Source of the DNA: Planctomycetota bacterium
GTDB taxonomy: Bacteria; Planctomycetota; GCA-002687715; CAIWVZ01
NCBI GenBank assembly: GCA_044222185.1
Contig: JBGANV010000002.1
Span: 640,001 to 704,000 of the forward strand
DNA: 64,000 nucleotides
Direction of reading: 5' to 3'
Shown here: one piece after another, positions 61,790 to 64,000 of the stretch
Layout: every line of letters begins with the position of its first letter
How positions within the stretch are numbered: position 1 is the stretch's first letter
Program-made: the position numbers and the translations under genes
The notes under the pieces: generated by a model
The model's database searches: none
Seen by the model: the letters and a program-made list of their open reading frames with translations, nothing else
Told to the model about the DNA's origin: nothing

Positions 61790-62877
61790 GCCAGCCGGCA
61801 TCGCAACTCGAATCTGAAGGCGGTGCGGCGGCCGCGCGGGGAGCGATCCCGCCCGGTCACCGGAAGCCGGCGGCGATGGTGACGGCGTCCTTTCGGGCGC
61901 GCGAGTACCGGGCCGGAGATGAGCACGGCATCCTCGATTTGATCAACCTGGCCTTCGGCGCCGATCCGAACTTCCAGAAGAGGTCACTGGCGTGGTGGCG
62001 CTGGAAGTACGGGGACAACCCGCATGGTGCCTGCACCCTCTGCCTCGAATCGCCGGATGGCGAGATCGTCGGCCACTATGGTGGATCGATGACCCGGCTG
62101 CGAACGCGGCGGGGAACGTTCGAGGTCGTCCAAGTCTGCGATGCGTGCGTTCATCCGGGGTTGCGTCGCGGCCTGCAGCGTGTCGGGCTCTTCGTGCGAA
62201 TGGCGCGAACCATCGCCGCCGTGGCGCACGGTCGCTCCATCGGGGCTGCCTACGGTCTTCCGACTCCGGACCATTTCGTGCTTGGGGCACGGCTCGCCGA
62301 GTACTGGATGCTGCGATCGCAGCCCATCCTCGTCTGTCGGCGCGACGATTCGCTTCCTGACGCTCCGGCTGCAGTCCGAGTCGATCGCGTCGATTCGATT
62401 CCCGGCGACGTCGGCCGCCTTCTCGCGTCGGTCGCGCGAGCGATCCCAGTGATGGCCGACCGGAGTCGAGCGTTCCTGCAATGGCGCTTCTTCGGTGCGC
62501 CCGATCGCACCTACGTCGTCGGCGTCGCGCGATCGCGCGTCGGCGGCGAGATTCGAGGCCTCGCGGTCTACCGTTCGTGCTGCTTCCTCGGACGGCGGAC
62601 CGGCGTCATCGTCGATTGGCTCGTGCCCCCGGAGGATCGAGATGCCGGCGCGGCACTGATCCACTTCGCCGCGAAGAGCGGGATCGCGGACGGCCTTGGA
62701 GAACTGGTTTGTTTCCTCCCCCCAACGTCGGCGTGGGCCAGGGCATTCCAGCAGTGGGGCTTCGCATTCGAGCCGACGAACTACGCCATGGTGTTCCGTC
62801 CCCTCGCCCGGACGATGGATCACGACGAGATCCGGCGTGACTGGTACTACACGCTTGCCGATCTGGACGCGGTTTGA
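61786..62877 (+). CDS. GNAT-family N-acetyl/aminoacyltransferase (two-domain)
   Basis: WWRWKYGDNPHG, IVGHY, DACVHPGLRR, YGLP, RSRAFLQWRF, terminal ADLD; overlaps radical SAM stop. Confidence 0.8.
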   Translation: MSQPASQLESEGGAAAARGAIPPGHRKPAAMVTASFRAREYRAGDEHGILDLINLAFGADPNFQKRSLAWWRWKYGDNPHGACTLCLESPDGEIVGHYGGSMTRLRTRRGTFEVVQVCDACVHPGLRRGLQRVGLFVRMARTIAAVAHGRSIGAAYGLPTPDHFVLGARLAEYWMLRSQPILVCRRDDSLPDAPAAVRVDRVDSIPGDVGRLLASVARAIPVMADRSRAFLQWRFFGAPDRTYVVGVARSRVGGEIRGLAVYRSCCFLGRRTGVIVDWLVPPEDRDAGAALIHFAAKSGIADGLGELVCFLPPTSAWARAFQQWGFAFEPTNYAMVFRPLARTMDHDEIRRDWYYTLADLDAV

Positions 62878-63860
62878 TGCAGGCCGAGATCATCGTTCCG
62901 ACGACGGCCGTCGACTGGCAGCGCGTGGCGGTTGGCTACGCCGCGTCGGTGGGTTGTCCCGTCGAGGCTGCCCAGACGCGCGTGACGAGGTTGCGGGAAC
63001 GCCCGGAGGGGGTGGCCGCGGTCGCGGCTGTCGGGCGCGACGGTGATGTCATCGCCCACGTCTCGGCGCGCCTCCTCGGCGCATTCGCCTCCTTCGGCCC
63101 GACACGCGTGGGCGCACTTGACATGACGTTCGTACGTCCCGAGCACCGCGATCGGGACGACTCGTCGCTTGCCCTGGCGCTCTTCCGAGAGTTCGGCCGG
63201 CGGTGGGAGTCTGCGGGCACGCCCGTCGCGGCCTTGGCGTACTTCGAGGACTGCGATTGGTGGAATCTGCGGCGTTCGAGCGGGTTCGAAGCCGTCGCAA
63301 CGGGGATGCTGTTCGTGCGGGGCGCGCGAGCGGCCGGGGGGAGCCGGCGCAGCGGCGATGGCCTGGAAGTCGCGGTGGCGACCGAGCGCCCCGGGGTCTC
63401 GATCCCCCGCACCTGTCGGTGTGTGGCGCCAGCCGCACGAGCGCTCCCGGAGTCCTCGCGGGCCGTTCGTCACCGCGTGTTTCAAGACGGTGCACTGGCG
63501 GGAGAGGCCGTCACACGCGATCACGGCGACCACGCCTTCATCGTGGATTGGCGCTGCGACTCACCAGATCCGGCCCATGGGGATCGCCTGCTGGATCTGG
63601 TGACGGACGCGGGGCGTCGCCCGGCCCACTTCCTGGTGTGGCATCCCACGGGGCCGCTTCTCGCGTTCCTGTCGCGGGCAGGGTTCGCGACGACGCAGGC
63701 CGGCCCCGAACCGATTCTCGCCATGCGCTCGCGTTTGCCGTCGCACCTGCGCTCACGCCTGCTCGCTGGCCGTTACGTCACGTCGGCGCTCGCCGGCGAA
63801 CAGCCGGTTCCGCGCCTCTTCCCGGAGTCCCGACACATCGACGTTCCGTACGTCGACTGA
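62877..63860 (+). CDS. divergent GNAT-like protein
   Basis: TGATG coupling to previous gene; VIAH, TFVRPEHR, IVDW shared with the upstream GNAT. Confidence 0.6.
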   Translation: MQAEIIVPTTAVDWQRVAVGYAASVGCPVEAAQTRVTRLRERPEGVAAVAAVGRDGDVIAHVSARLLGAFASFGPTRVGALDMTFVRPEHRDRDDSSLALALFREFGRRWESAGTPVAALAYFEDCDWWNLRRSSGFEAVATGMLFVRGARAAGGSRRSGDGLEVAVATERPGVSIPRTCRCVAPAARALPESSRAVRHRVFQDGALAGEAVTRDHGDHAFIVDWRCDSPDPAHGDRLLDLVTDAGRRPAHFLVWHPTGPLLAFLSRAGFATTQAGPEPILAMRSRLPSHLRSRLLAGRYVTSALAGEQPVPRLFPESRHIDVPYVD

Positions 63861-63894
63861 AATGACGCTCGGCCACCGTCGCGCGCTCGGCGGG

Positions 63895-64000
63895 TCAATC
63901 GATGTAGTCCGGGCAACCCCGGCATAGCTCGATCTCGTCGACCCGACCCTCTTCATGCAGGCGGCGCAGCCGCGCGAGGGGTTCGCCGTGCCAGATCTCC
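63895..64000 (-). CDS. 3' end of a SPASM/twitch-domain (probably radical SAM) protein, truncated by window end
   Basis: Manual translation EIWHGEPLARLRRLHEEGRVDEIELCRGCPDYID* matches the EIW...R..H...C..C SPASM tail. Confidence 0.7.
   Translation of the reverse strand, partial: EIWHGEPLARLRRLHEEGRVDEIELCRGCPDYID

Overview
GC-rich, gene-dense chromosomal segment from a diderm bacterium. It is probably a Planctomycetota member, inferred from lpxA, several Hanks kinases, an ECF sigma factor, FG-GAP proteins and an AlgE-type porin. Core genes include a partial Dus, purM, a DJ-1/PfpI protein, a SAM-I riboswitch-controlled hom-lysC-metB-like operon, an SbcD/YhaN-type nuclease-ATPase pair, an amidase, Hsp20, lpxA and a TlpA-like oxidoreductase. 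Accessory features are: (i) three tandem paralogous secreted NIDO-like proteins; (ii) a three-gene signalling cluster (two-kinase/Ig-like/FGE receptor, kinase-less Ig-like/FGE partner, FHA-pseudoprotease); (iii) a compositionally distinct block at about 26-36.8 kb with two FG-GAP proteins and a subtilase that share an unnamed ~110-aa C-terminal domain, beside a divergent kinase-FGE/ECF pair; (iv) a minor-pilin cluster; (v) a B12 radical SAM plus two GNAT genes; (vi) a 199-bp tandem repeat and a ~153-nt inverted-repeat-bounded structured element. The best candidate for an undescribed system is the shared C-terminal domain, a possible sorting/anchoring signal, together with Gln at +1 after every apparent signal peptidase I site. 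No tRNA, rRNA, CRISPR array, transposase or reverse transcriptase was recognised. All calls were made by eye from motifs; no searches were run. Many starts were re-assigned from the ORF track.
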